From contig CAVYKW010000007.1 in assembly GCA_963769235.1 (NCBI GenBank), positions 112,630-176,629 of the forward strand: a stretch of DNA of 64,000 nt, in the 5' to 3' direction. Shown here piece after piece: positions 48,414 through 57,836 of the stretch (positions within the stretch are counted from its first letter, which is position 1; every line of letters begins with the position of its first letter). Below the pieces are notes generated by a model, which saw nothing but the letters and a program-made list of their open reading frames with translations, did not search any database and was not told where the DNA came from. This DNA is from an uncultured Acidobacteriaceae bacterium (GTDB lineage: Bacteria; Acidobacteriota; Terriglobia; Terriglobales; Acidobacteriaceae). Made by a program: the position numbers and the translations under genes.

Positions 48414-48783
48414 GAGTACGGAATTTTCAATAGTCAGCTGCGACTGCATTTGTTGGAAGTCGTCGTCTGTCCTTGCAGTCCCATTGTCCTTGACGATAGC
48501 GACACCACTATCTCTTCGTGCTGTTTATCCTCCCAGCCAAGCGCGTTATCCCCACTGATCCCGAACAGAACTACAACCAACCATGCGTTGACTGCGCGTG
48601 CGCTGCATATTTTCTTACGCAAACTATAAGACTTACCAGTATTCACTCTCTGCCGTTACCTCTAGCATAGAAATGTCCCGGAAAATCCGAGGAGAGTTGA
48701 TGCGCCACAATCGCGATGAGCCGGCCGGCGCCGGAACACGCAAGGCGACTTCGCATGACGTCGACGTCAAGGAGATAGTAAGA

Positions 48784-49422
48784 GTGAAAAAGCTAATTTG
48801 GGTCCTAGGTTTTCTGTGCCTGGTTACGATGTTTTCAACGGCGCAGGAGTTTCCCAAGGTTGAATTAACCGGTGGTTATTCGTACGTTAACTTCCATCCT
48901 TCTTTGTCCTACATTACCAGCCAGAATCTTAACGGCGGTGGCGGTGCATTCGTATATAACTTCACTTCTCTGTTCGGTATCAAGGCCGACTTCGAAGGTT
49001 ATGCAGTCGGAACCGGATGGACTAATTATCTGAAGAACAACTACGACTATGCTGGCTCGGCCAGCGGAAATGCTTTCACCTATATGTTCGGCCCGCAGAT
49101 CAAGAAGCACTCAGGTAAGTGGCAGCCTTTTGGTGAAGGCCTGTTTGGCGCGTTCCACTCCAACGGCTACGGCACGTTGCTGCATTGCATTGAGAACAAT
49201 GGCTGCTCCGCCCAAAACGGTAACGGCAACAACAACGGCTTCGCCATGGAGTTCGGCGGAGGCGTCGACTATGCCCTGACCAACCACATTCAGATCCGTC
49301 CGGTAGAAATTGACTATCTGTACTCGCGTTTTTCGGCGAACCACATTGCCAACTACTCGGCCGGCCAGAACAGCTTCAAGTATTTCGGCGGCATCAACTT
49401 CACGCTCGGAGGCGCTAAGTAG
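48784..49422 (+). CDS. outer-membrane beta-barrel protein (OMP_b-brl-like)
   Basis: Preferred GTG 48784 gives the signal peptide VKKLIWVLGFLCLVTMFSTAQE. The body has alternating aromatic/Gly-rich beta-strand patterns and the C-terminus is ...FKYFGGINFTLGG. Confidence 0.7.
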   Translation: MKKLIWVLGFLCLVTMFSTAQEFPKVELTGGYSYVNFHPSLSYITSQNLNGGGGAFVYNFTSLFGIKADFEGYAVGTGWTNYLKNNYDYAGSASGNAFTYMFGPQIKKHSGKWQPFGEGLFGAFHSNGYGTLLHCIENNGCSAQNGNGNNNGFAMEFGGGVDYALTNHIQIRPVEIDYLYSRFSANHIANYSAGQNSFKYFGGINFTLGGAK

Positions 49423-49756
49423 CCGCGTTTCTCTACTTCTCCAAAAGCTGAAAACTGGCGGTGCTACCCCCGAGCATCGCCAGTCTCTATTTGCCCGCGG
49501 AAGCGGTGTCAGGGTATCGAACCGGCCGCGCCTCCGCCTAGTGGCTATAAAGTGCCATAAGCGTAATGACCTTGGTGCCAAGTAAGGCGCTTTTTCCCTA
49601 GGTGAGACGAATGTCGAGAGGTACACTGAACGCGTTCAAGGCGGCTTCCTGCTCGTGTTTCAGCAGGACTTTGACCGTCGAGAATGCAGGTTTGGCTAAC
49701 GGTTCTGCCGACCCTGCTTGCAGCAAATATCCGAACCTAGGGCAAATTTCTCAGCC

Positions 49757-50404
49757 ATGGAACGTAAACCGGCAGCGCGACTGCTAATTGCGGACGATCA
49801 TCGCCTTCTGGCCGACGCTTGCAAGACATTGCTGGAGCCTGAATTCCTGGTGGTCGACATCGTCACGGACGGGCGCAGCCTGGTGAAGGCGGCTTCGCTC
49901 CTCAAACCCGACGTAATTATTCTGGACATCACAATGCCCAGATTGAATGGTCTGGATGCGGGCGAACAGATTAAGCAGAAGTTCCCCGGCATCAAACTCG
50001 TGTTCCTGACCATGAACGCAGCGGCTGATGTGGCGGCGGAAGCCTTTCGGAGAGGCGCATCGGGTTATGTACTGAAGCATTCGGCCGGCGAGGAACTGGT
50101 CGTCGCGATTCGCAAGGTCGTACAGAACGAAAGCTACTTGTCGCCTCTCATCGCCCGCGAGACGGTTACCTTCTTGCTCAACCAGGGCAAAACTAAGTCC
50201 GAAGAAAAGCGCATCACCAAGCGGCAGAGCGAGATTTTGCAACTGTTGGCGGAAGGAATGTCGATGAAGGAAGTGGCCGGCGTTCTCGAACTGAAGCCGG
50301 GCACTGTGGCGTTTCACAAATATCGCATGATGGAGACATTGGGCGTCAGAACAAACGCCGAGCTGCTGGAGTACGCCATCAAGCGGCAGATGACATCGGC
50401 CTGA
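49757..50404 (+). CDS. NarL/FixJ-family response regulator (REC + LuxR HTH)
   Basis: LLIADDH, the phospho-acceptor VIILDITMP and a LuxR-type HTH (TKRQSEILQLLAEGMSMKEVAGVLELKPGTVAFHKYRMMETLGV). Confidence 0.9.
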   Translation: MERKPAARLLIADDHRLLADACKTLLEPEFLVVDIVTDGRSLVKAASLLKPDVIILDITMPRLNGLDAGEQIKQKFPGIKLVFLTMNAAADVAAEAFRRGASGYVLKHSAGEELVVAIRKVVQNESYLSPLIARETVTFLLNQGKTKSEEKRITKRQSEILQLLAEGMSMKEVAGVLELKPGTVAFHKYRMMETLGVRTNAELLEYAIKRQMTSA

Positions 50405-50616
50405 TGGCCACCAGCGGCGAACTACCTCAGCCTGCGGAACCAAGTTACTGCGCTTCTACAGTGGATTACTTAGCAGCGTCTCGAAATTCAATCTGCATTT
50501 TCCATACAAATAATAGTAGTTTTGCCAGTAGGCATCCGTATGCGTTGTTGTTAGCGTTTTTATGAGCAATCACCCGCGTGCTCGTGACAACTCTGATCGC
50601 AAGCGGAGATCGGTTC

Positions 50617-51018
50617 GTGGCTTCGATACGGCTTTTGCTGGCGGACGACAACCCGGAACTGCTGGAAATGCTGGTGGACTTGCTACAGCCCTCCTATGTG
50701 GTTGCCGGTGCTCTGTCGAACGGTGCTTCTGTCTTAGAAGAGTTTGCAGCACTTAATCCGGATCTCATCATCCTCGACATATCTCTCGGTGACATGACTG
50801 GTTTTGAAGTTGCCCGCCGGCTGAAGAAGCTGGGCTGTGGCGCACGAATCATCTTCTTGACCGTGCACGAGAATGTCGATTTCATCCGTGCCGCCTTTGA
50901 TCTTGACGCCTGCGGCTATGTTTTCAAGTCGCGTATCAGTTCCGATCTGATCGATGCCATCAACACCGTCTGCCGCGGCGGCCGCTTCAGTTCGGCAGAC
51001 TTATCGGCTACGGCGTAG
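50617..51018 (+). CDS. stand-alone receiver-domain response regulator
   Basis: Preferred GTG 50617, 8 nt after GGAG; the ORF track starts at 50578. Motifs are RLLLADDN, LIILDISLGDMTG and IIFLTVHEN. There is no output domain. Confidence 0.8.
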   Translation: MASIRLLLADDNPELLEMLVDLLQPSYVVAGALSNGASVLEEFAALNPDLIILDISLGDMTGFEVARRLKKLGCGARIIFLTVHENVDFIRAAFDLDACGYVFKSRISSDLIDAINTVCRGGRFSSADLSATA

Positions 51019-51347
51019 TCGACTTCCGAGGTTTACTGCGGCGGCGATCTCGGATCATCCAATTTTACGTCGAATTTCCACTGGCAACTTTTCCCCATCC
51101 TCATGACAAAGTTGGTAGTTCCGTCGCAATTGAGGATTCGTCCGGCGGCTGGGTGTGATATCGTGGCGCACGTTAACCAAAAAGAGATTCTGTCGCCAGG
51201 AAACGGTCGGCCGAGCCTCGAGCTTTTTCGAACCGGCCGGGTGCTTCTTGCCGAGAGCCTTGTGTGGACCAGTCCTTATTTAGTCAGTCGCTAACCGGAA
51301 CGGCGCCCCGCAATTCAAAGAGCGCGGATGTTGATGAGGGAATGTGC

Positions 51348-53693
51348 ATGTCGTTGAAACTTGCAGGTCGAGTGGTAGTTTTTTTGTCGCTGATGGTGTG
51401 GGTGGCCACGGCCACGGTTGCACAGGACCCGGGATGGCCGCGTCAGATTGTTAAGCCTGGCGGCAAGCTGATCCTTTATCAACCGCAAGTGGATAGCTGG
51501 CAAAACTACCAAACGGTGAATGGCCGTATGGCTTTTAGTCTGACGCCGACCGCCGGCAAGAGCCAGGTGGGCGTGATCGCGGTGTCGATGCACTCGACGG
51601 TCAATATGGACGACCACACCGTCTTCCTCAGTAATCCCGAGATCAAGAGCATCTCGTTTCCTTCGCTCGAGCCCGCGACCACGGCCAAGCTGTCTGACCT
51701 GATGAAGACGTTCCTAAATCCTTCGGCGACAATGACGATTTCGCTGGACCGACTGGTAGCCAGCGTCAAGAAGGATCAAGCGCCCTCGGTGTCGCCAGTT
51801 AAGAACGATCCTCCGACGATCTTTCTCAGCATGAAGCCTGCGATCCTGCTATTGATCAACGGCGAGCCAGTGATGGCTCTGATCACCGGTTCAAATTTGC
51901 AATTTGTGGTGAATGCGAACTGGCCGCTTTTCATGGAGCAGGGAAGTCCGAACTATTACCTCTTCGACGGCAAGGGTTGGCTCATGGCGGGCAGCCTGCA
52001 AGGCACGTTCACGCCGACCAACCAACTGCCCAAACAGATGTCGAAGGTTCCGGCAAACCCGAATTTTTCCGACCTGAAGGCGTTTATTCCCGCGCCCGCA
52101 GGCAGTACCGCCGCCTTCCCGCAGGTGTTTTACAGTGCCACTCCGGCGGAGCTGGTTGTCTTCAACGGACGGCCGCAGTGGACACCGATTCCAGGCACGC
52201 AGCTTTCCTATGGGTCGAACACCGAGAGCACGGTATTCAAGTACACACCTACCGGCGCCTATTACTTCCTGACCTCGGGCCGGTGGTTTACCACGGAGCA
52301 TCCTCTGATTGGCGGGTGGACGTTTGCGACTTACAACCTGCCTCCAGACTTCGCCAAGATTCCGCCTGCCAGTCCCGCTGGGAAAGTTCTAGCTTCGGTG
52401 CCGGGAACGCCGGAAGCCGAAGACGCAGTGCTGATCGCGCAGATTCCAACGACGGAAAAGGTGAATATAGCGCAGGCGCCGTCGGAGGTAAAAGTTTCCT
52501 ACGTGGGTCAGCCGCAGTTCCAGCCGATCACTGGAACCACCATGCAGTACGCGGTCAACACGCAGAATAAAGTTGTCCAGGTGGGAGCGCAATATTACTT
52601 GTGCTATCAGGGCGTGTGGTTCCTGTCGTCCAGTCCGATGGGACCGTGGACGGTAGCGCAGACTGTGCCGCAAGTGATTTACACCATTCCGCCCAGCTCT
52701 CCGGTGTACAACGTGACTTATGTGACGCAGGTGGTGAGCGATCCCGGGTACGTGCAGTCCAGTTACACCGCAGGCTACATGGGAGCATTCATTATGGGCG
52801 CGACGGTAGGAGCCATTGTCTGTAATGGCACGGGATATTACTATCCGCCGTACATCTATCACGGCTATTACTACCCGTACGCCGCAACCTACGGCTATCA
52901 CACTTACAACCCCTACACCGGCGCGTACGGCTATGGCGGCGCGGCTTACGGACCGTATGGCAGCGCGCACTGGGGAACTTCCTACAACCCGAACACCGGA
53001 ACCTATGCTCGTGGAGCTTCGGCGTCGAATGGGTACGGCTATCGCGCAGCCGGAGAAGCCTACAATCCCTATACCGGAGCCTATGGAGCGACTCGTCAGG
53101 GCGGTAACGCTTATGGCTCGTGGGGACAGTCGGTGGTGAGCAAGAACGGCAATACGGCTTACACGCAGCATGCCAGCAACGCATATGGGTCGGCGGGAAC
53201 CGTTCAGACTTCGGCAGGTGGCAAGGGCGCGGCCACCAGCACAGCCTACGGCAATACCGCAGCCGGCAAGACCTCGAATGGCGATATGTACGCCGGTCAC
53301 GACGGCAACGTGTACAAGAACACCGGCTCCGGCTGGCAGAAGTATGACAACGGCAGCTGGAACACAGTGCAGAAGCCAACCCAGGAAACGTATAACCAGA
53401 GCCATCCCACGAACTCGAACTACTCGTCGGCGCAGCAGAAAGCGCAGAGTAATCCGAACTACTCGGCCGACCAGCAGAAGGCGCAGAGCTACAGCCAGCA
53501 ACATCCGTCGGGTCAGAGTTACAACAAGTCGTCCAGCGGATCATCCTATGGCGATTTGAATCAGCAAGCCCAGGATCGCCAGCGCGGCGCGGAGCAAAGC
53601 CAACGCTTCTCGCAGTATCAGCGTTCCGGATCGGCGGACCGTAGCGGAGGCTGGGGTGGCGGCGGCGGCCGAAGCTACGGTGGCCGGCGCTAA
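51348..53693 (+). CDS. secreted protein with folded N-terminal ~480 aa and a ~300-aa Tyr/Gly/Asn/Gln-rich low-complexity tail
   Basis: Preferred ATG 51348 gives the signal MSLKLAGRVVVFLSLMVWVATATVAQD. The tail has repeats of the form YNPYTGAYG, N(S/P)NYS(S/A)(A/D)QQKAQS and a terminal GGWGGGGGRSYGGRR. Confidence 0.75.
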   Translation: MSLKLAGRVVVFLSLMVWVATATVAQDPGWPRQIVKPGGKLILYQPQVDSWQNYQTVNGRMAFSLTPTAGKSQVGVIAVSMHSTVNMDDHTVFLSNPEIKSISFPSLEPATTAKLSDLMKTFLNPSATMTISLDRLVASVKKDQAPSVSPVKNDPPTIFLSMKPAILLLINGEPVMALITGSNLQFVVNANWPLFMEQGSPNYYLFDGKGWLMAGSLQGTFTPTNQLPKQMSKVPANPNFSDLKAFIPAPAGSTAAFPQVFYSATPAELVVFNGRPQWTPIPGTQLSYGSNTESTVFKYTPTGAYYFLTSGRWFTTEHPLIGGWTFATYNLPPDFAKIPPASPAGKVLASVPGTPEAEDAVLIAQIPTTEKVNIAQAPSEVKVSYVGQPQFQPITGTTMQYAVNTQNKVVQVGAQYYLCYQGVWFLSSSPMGPWTVAQTVPQVIYTIPPSSPVYNVTYVTQVVSDPGYVQSSYTAGYMGAFIMGATVGAIVCNGTGYYYPPYIYHGYYYPYAATYGYHTYNPYTGAYGYGGAAYGPYGSAHWGTSYNPNTGTYARGASASNGYGYRAAGEAYNPYTGAYGATRQGGNAYGSWGQSVVSKNGNTAYTQHASNAYGSAGTVQTSAGGKGAATSTAYGNTAAGKTSNGDMYAGHDGNVYKNTGSGWQKYDNGSWNTVQKPTQETYNQSHPTNSNYSSAQQKAQSNPNYSADQQKAQSYSQQHPSGQSYNKSSSGSSYGDLNQQAQDRQRGAEQSQRFSQYQRSGSADRSGGWGGGGGRSYGGRR

Positions 53694-53756
53694 GCAGTGG
53701 ATTGCTGCAAAAAGAAAGTACCGATGGGCAATTTGTTTTCTTAGTCAGGAGCCACG

Positions 53757-54335
53757 ATGTCTCGTTCAAGAATTCCGGTAGGTGCGTCTCTCTCATTCCT
53801 GCTGCTGGTTTGCTGCTCGCTTTCATTGCAGGCGCAGAAGATTAAAGTGGTTTATAACAAGGACCTCAACTTCGCGCAGTTCAAAACCTTCGCCTGGGCG
53901 CCGCATGGCGCAGTCGCGCATCCCATGCTGGCGGCGAACGTAGTTGGCGCGATCGAAGATGAGCTGAAGCAGCGCGGTTTGCAGAAAGTTGAGCTCAACG
54001 ACAATCCGGGACTAATCATCCAGGTATATGGCTCCATCGAGCAGGATTCCACGCTCTATTCCAACGACCCGCTGTACAACGCGACGGGTGGCATTCCGCC
54101 ATTCGATCCCAGCTTTTCGGGCTCGCTCTGGTCGGGCTATTATGGCAACACGACCGTCACCATCCACAAAGGGCAACTGGTAGTCGACCTGATCGACGGC
54201 GCCAATAAGAAAATTGCCTGGCGCGGAATGTCGCAGCAGAATCTGGCTGCGCATAACCCGAACAAGCTGGTGTCGCAGGTGAACACCGCCATCAACAAGA
54301 TGTTCAAGCAATATCCTGGCAGGGTGGAAGGCTAG
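53757..54335 (+). CDS. DUF4136-like lipoprotein
   Basis: Signal and lipobox-like LLLVCCS. Then FKTFAW... and GQLVVDLIDGANKKIAWRGMSQ, typical of DUF4136. Confidence 0.7.
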   Translation: MSRSRIPVGASLSFLLLVCCSLSLQAQKIKVVYNKDLNFAQFKTFAWAPHGAVAHPMLAANVVGAIEDELKQRGLQKVELNDNPGLIIQVYGSIEQDSTLYSNDPLYNATGGIPPFDPSFSGSLWSGYYGNTTVTIHKGQLVVDLIDGANKKIAWRGMSQQNLAAHNPNKLVSQVNTAINKMFKQYPGRVEG

Positions 54336-54671
54336 CGAACGGTAAACGGGGAACGAAGCGAAGAACTGTTCGGCGAGTTCTTCGCATTTTCGATCAGGGT
54401 GGGACCGAGTAGATGTGGGGCCGAATTTTTCTTCAGCAGAACCTGGCCTGCGCGCCAGTCAAACATCCAACGTCGTGGCATGAAGTCCCCCCGCTTCTGT
54501 TGGCCGCGCGTTCGAATCTGAGCGCAACAATCCTCAATTTCGACCGGCAGCCGTATATCCCACCAATTCGCTTCCGACAACTAACACCTTTGCAAACTGG
54601 AAATTTCAGGCGAAAATGCTGCCACAGCCAGCTCGAACCCAAATCCCCGGAGCCCTTGAAGGAGCCACGGC

Positions 54672-56456
54672 ATGATACGCCTGATCCGCGAATTGATTCG
54701 TCCGTACCGTGGCAAGCTGCTGATCATCCTGCTCGCCATGCTGGTGGAAACTGCCATGAGCCTGGCCAGCCCCTGGCCGTTGAAGGTCATCATCGACAAC
54801 GTGGTGGGTAACCACAAATTGCCGCACGGGCTCGACGAATTGGTGCGGCCCATGCTGGATCACGGAGCCAAGCTGCAAGTTGCCGGGCTGGCTGCACTGG
54901 CGTTCATCCTGATCGCGCTGTTCGGGGCGGTGGCCAGTTACATCGACAACTATTACACCGAGAGCGTGGGCCAATGGGTGGCGCACGATCTCCGCATGCG
55001 CACCTACCATCATCTGCAGCGGCTGTCGCTCGGCTACTACAACACGCATCAGACCGGCACGCTGCTTAGCACCATCACCACTGACATACAAACCATCCAG
55101 AACTTCGCTTCGTCTTCCACGCTCGACATTCTGATTGACCTGCTCACCATCGTATCGATGCTGGGCCTGATGTTCTGGCTCAATTGGGATTTCACTCTCA
55201 TCGCCGTCGCGGTGACACCGTTCCTGTTGTTCTTCATCTCACGTTTCAAGAAAGCGGTGAAGAAGGCGACGCATCAGGTACGCAAAGAGCAATCGGAGAT
55301 CGTAGCTGTGGTGCAGCAGGGGCTGGAGTCGATGCAGGTCATCGAAGCGTTTGGACGCCAGGACCTGGAACAGGAAGCGCTGGCCGAGGTCAGCCACGCC
55401 ACTGTCGATGCCGCGCTCGCAGCGCGCAAAGTGAAGTCGCTGCTCTCGCCCATCGTTACTATCACCACCGCTTTTTGTACTGCCGTTGTGTTGTGGCGCG
55501 GGGCTTCGCTGATCTTGCGCGACGTGATGACCGTAGGCGCACTAACTGTCTACCTCTCGTACCTCAACAAATTCTTCAAGCCGGTGAAGGACCTGGCGAC
55601 CACCACGAACGCGATCGCCCAAGCAGCGGTAGGCGTCGATCGTGTGCGTGCCATCCTCGATACCGACACTATCCTGCCAGAAAAAGACGACGCCATTGAG
55701 CCGCGGTTCATCAAGGGAGAAATCGTTTTTGACCACGTGGCGTTCGGCTACAACGCCGAAGCCGTGGTGCTCCAGGACGTCAGCTTCGAGATCAAGCCAG
55801 GACAGATGGTCGGCATCGTCGGCCCCACCGGAAGCGGCAAGTCTACGGTCGTCAGTCTCATCCCGCGTTTCTACGACCCAACCAAGGGCGCGGTGAAAAT
55901 CGATGGCCGCGACGTGCGCGACTACCAGGTCAATCCCTTGCGCGAAAACATTGGCTATGTTTTGCAGGACACGGTGTTGTTCCGCGGAACCATCCTGGAG
56001 AACATCGCCTTCGGCCGTCCCAATGCTACGCGCGAGGAGATCGTGCAGGCAGCACGGCTGGCGAACGCCGACGAGTTCATCTCGGCCATGCCGAAAGGCT
56101 ACGACACCATGGTCGGTGAGCGCGGCTCGACCCTCTCCGGCGGGCAGCGCCAGCGCATTGGCATTGCGCGCGTGATGGTGCGCAACAGTCCCATACTGCT
56201 GCTCGATGAGCCGACAGCCGCGCTCGACAGCGAATCCGAGAAACTCGTGATCGAGGCACTCGAGCGCTTGATGAAGGATCGTACCGTAATCACTATCGCG
56301 CATCGCCTCAGCACCATTCGCGATGCCGACAAGATTATCGTCATCAGCGGCGGTGTGGTGGCCGAAAGCGGCGATCACGACGAACTTATGGCGCTCAATG
56401 GAATCTATGCCGGTCTGCATCGCACGCAGTTTGACGCAGCCTCGGCAAAAGCCTGA
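54672..56456 (+). CDS. ABC exporter, fused permease/ATPase (MsbA/ABCB-like)
   Basis: Six-TM N-terminal half. Walker A is GPTGSGKST, the signature is LSGGQRQRIGIAR and Walker B is ILLLDEPT. Confidence 0.9.
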   Translation: MIRLIRELIRPYRGKLLIILLAMLVETAMSLASPWPLKVIIDNVVGNHKLPHGLDELVRPMLDHGAKLQVAGLAALAFILIALFGAVASYIDNYYTESVGQWVAHDLRMRTYHHLQRLSLGYYNTHQTGTLLSTITTDIQTIQNFASSSTLDILIDLLTIVSMLGLMFWLNWDFTLIAVAVTPFLLFFISRFKKAVKKATHQVRKEQSEIVAVVQQGLESMQVIEAFGRQDLEQEALAEVSHATVDAALAARKVKSLLSPIVTITTAFCTAVVLWRGASLILRDVMTVGALTVYLSYLNKFFKPVKDLATTTNAIAQAAVGVDRVRAILDTDTILPEKDDAIEPRFIKGEIVFDHVAFGYNAEAVVLQDVSFEIKPGQMVGIVGPTGSGKSTVVSLIPRFYDPTKGAVKIDGRDVRDYQVNPLRENIGYVLQDTVLFRGTILENIAFGRPNATREEIVQAARLANADEFISAMPKGYDTMVGERGSTLSGGQRQRIGIARVMVRNSPILLLDEPTAALDSESEKLVIEALERLMKDRTVITIAHRLSTIRDADKIIVISGGVVAESGDHDELMALNGIYAGLHRTQFDAASAKA

Positions 56457-56525
56457 TGATGGCCAAGCCCGTCTCGGGATTGGCAACGGCGTGTGCCGCC
56501 CGGTCGCCGATCCCAAGGAGTCCTT

Positions 56526-57509
56526 ATGTCGCGTTACCTCGTCGTTCTTCCCGACGATTCAGCTCAGCCGATCCTCGACGCTATCAATCATGCCGAGAAA
56601 TCGTTGCGTATTAAAATGTTTCTTTTCTCCGATCCTAAGCTGCTGCACGCCGTCGTGGGTGCGCACCATCGCGGGGTGAAGGTACGGATCATGCTGAATC
56701 CGACCCGCCGCAGTGGAGAAAAAGAGAACAACGATTCGCGCAAATTCCTGACCGACGCCTCCATCGAGGTCATGGATAGCAATCCCGAGTTCGAAGTGAC
56801 ACACGAGAAGTCCATGGTGGTGGACGACAAGATTGCGTTCATTCAGTCGCTGAACTGGGACACCAAGAACCTCACCGAGACACGCGACTACGCCGTCGTA
56901 ACCGCGCACTCGCACGAGGTGGGTGAGGTGTCGGAGTGCTTCGATGCCGATTGGGAGCGACAGAAATTTGCTCCGGGCGATCACTCGCATCTGATCTGGT
57001 GCATTGGCAACGGCCGCCTGCGGATTGGCGAATTCATCGATCAGGCCAAGCATTCGCTGTGGGTGCAAAATGAGCGCTACCAGGATCCGGTGATCATCGA
57101 GCGACTGGTTCGGGCCAGCGGCCGCGGCGTGAAGGTGCATGTGCTGGCGCGTCCTCCGCACAAGTTGAAAAAACAGAAGCTGGTCGAAGCGGTCGGCGGC
57201 ATGCGCATCATGGACGATGTCGGCATCAAGGTGCACAAGCTGAAAGGCCTGAAGCTGCACGCCAAGCTGCTGTTTGCCGACGGAGTGCGCGCCATCATCG
57301 GCTCTATCAATCTCGCGCCGGGCAGTTTTGACAGCCGCCGCGAGTTGGCGATCGAAGTCCGCGATACCGAAGTGATGGACCGTCTGCACACCGTCGTCCA
57401 TCGCGACTGGAAAAACTCACGCCCGCTGGACCTGACCGACGAAGGATTGATGTCGGAACTCGAAGAGCACGATGAGAATGTCGCGGAGGACCTGGCACTC
57501 GACGCCTGA
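56526..57509 (+). CDS. phospholipase-D-superfamily protein with two HKD motifs
   Basis: Preferred ATG 56526, 6 nt after GGAG. The HKD motifs are HEKSMVVDD and HAKLLFADG...GSINL. Confidence 0.85.
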   Translation: MSRYLVVLPDDSAQPILDAINHAEKSLRIKMFLFSDPKLLHAVVGAHHRGVKVRIMLNPTRRSGEKENNDSRKFLTDASIEVMDSNPEFEVTHEKSMVVDDKIAFIQSLNWDTKNLTETRDYAVVTAHSHEVGEVSECFDADWERQKFAPGDHSHLIWCIGNGRLRIGEFIDQAKHSLWVQNERYQDPVIIERLVRASGRGVKVHVLARPPHKLKKQKLVEAVGGMRIMDDVGIKVHKLKGLKLHAKLLFADGVRAIIGSINLAPGSFDSRRELAIEVRDTEVMDRLHTVVHRDWKNSRPLDLTDEGLMSELEEHDENVAEDLALDA

Positions 57510-57568
57510 GCGCGGGATTGAAGCAGCAAACCTCTGGGAGAGAGTCTCACGCCCGGGTGAAACTTCGA

Positions 57569-57660
57569 GCCCGCAAGGGCGAAATAATCTAGCCCAGCAT
57601 GCAGCCGACGGCGGAATGCTGGGCAACGGCGAGTGACCGCGCGACTCCTGTAAGGACGGC
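57569..57660 (+). repeat. three-hairpin intergenic repeat element, copy 1
   Basis: GCCC-GCAA-GGGC (57569-57580); GCCCAGCAT-N15-ATGCTGGGC (57592-57624); TCC-TGTAA-GGA (57646-57656). See copy 2. Confidence 0.6.
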
Positions 57661-57836
57661 ACAAACCTTAACGATGGGCGCGGAGCGCCTCTGACGGCGA
57701 ATCCCTCCACATTTTGCGATGGTCATTCGTGATGGCCTTCGCCCGTGCCGGAATCAACAACAATCCAAAAAATTGCTAACGCGGCGCGACGCCATTTGCC
57801 GTTACTGTCCGTGTATTCTTGAAAGCGACTCTCGCG

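Noticed and set aside
52389-53826. 371-aa and 344-aa minus-strand ORFs (52389..53504, 52792..53826) and plus-strand ORFs 52816..53559
   Set aside because: Their Arg/Ser/Cys-rich low-complexity translations are generated by the Tyr/Gly/Asn repeat region of the 809-aa gene. They lie entirely within it.
55542-57401. Long minus-strand ORFs 55542..56516 (324 aa) and 56559..57401 (280 aa)
   Set aside because: They are antisense to the ABC transporter and PLD genes, which have clear Walker and HKD motifs. This is the typical GC-rich shadow-frame pattern.
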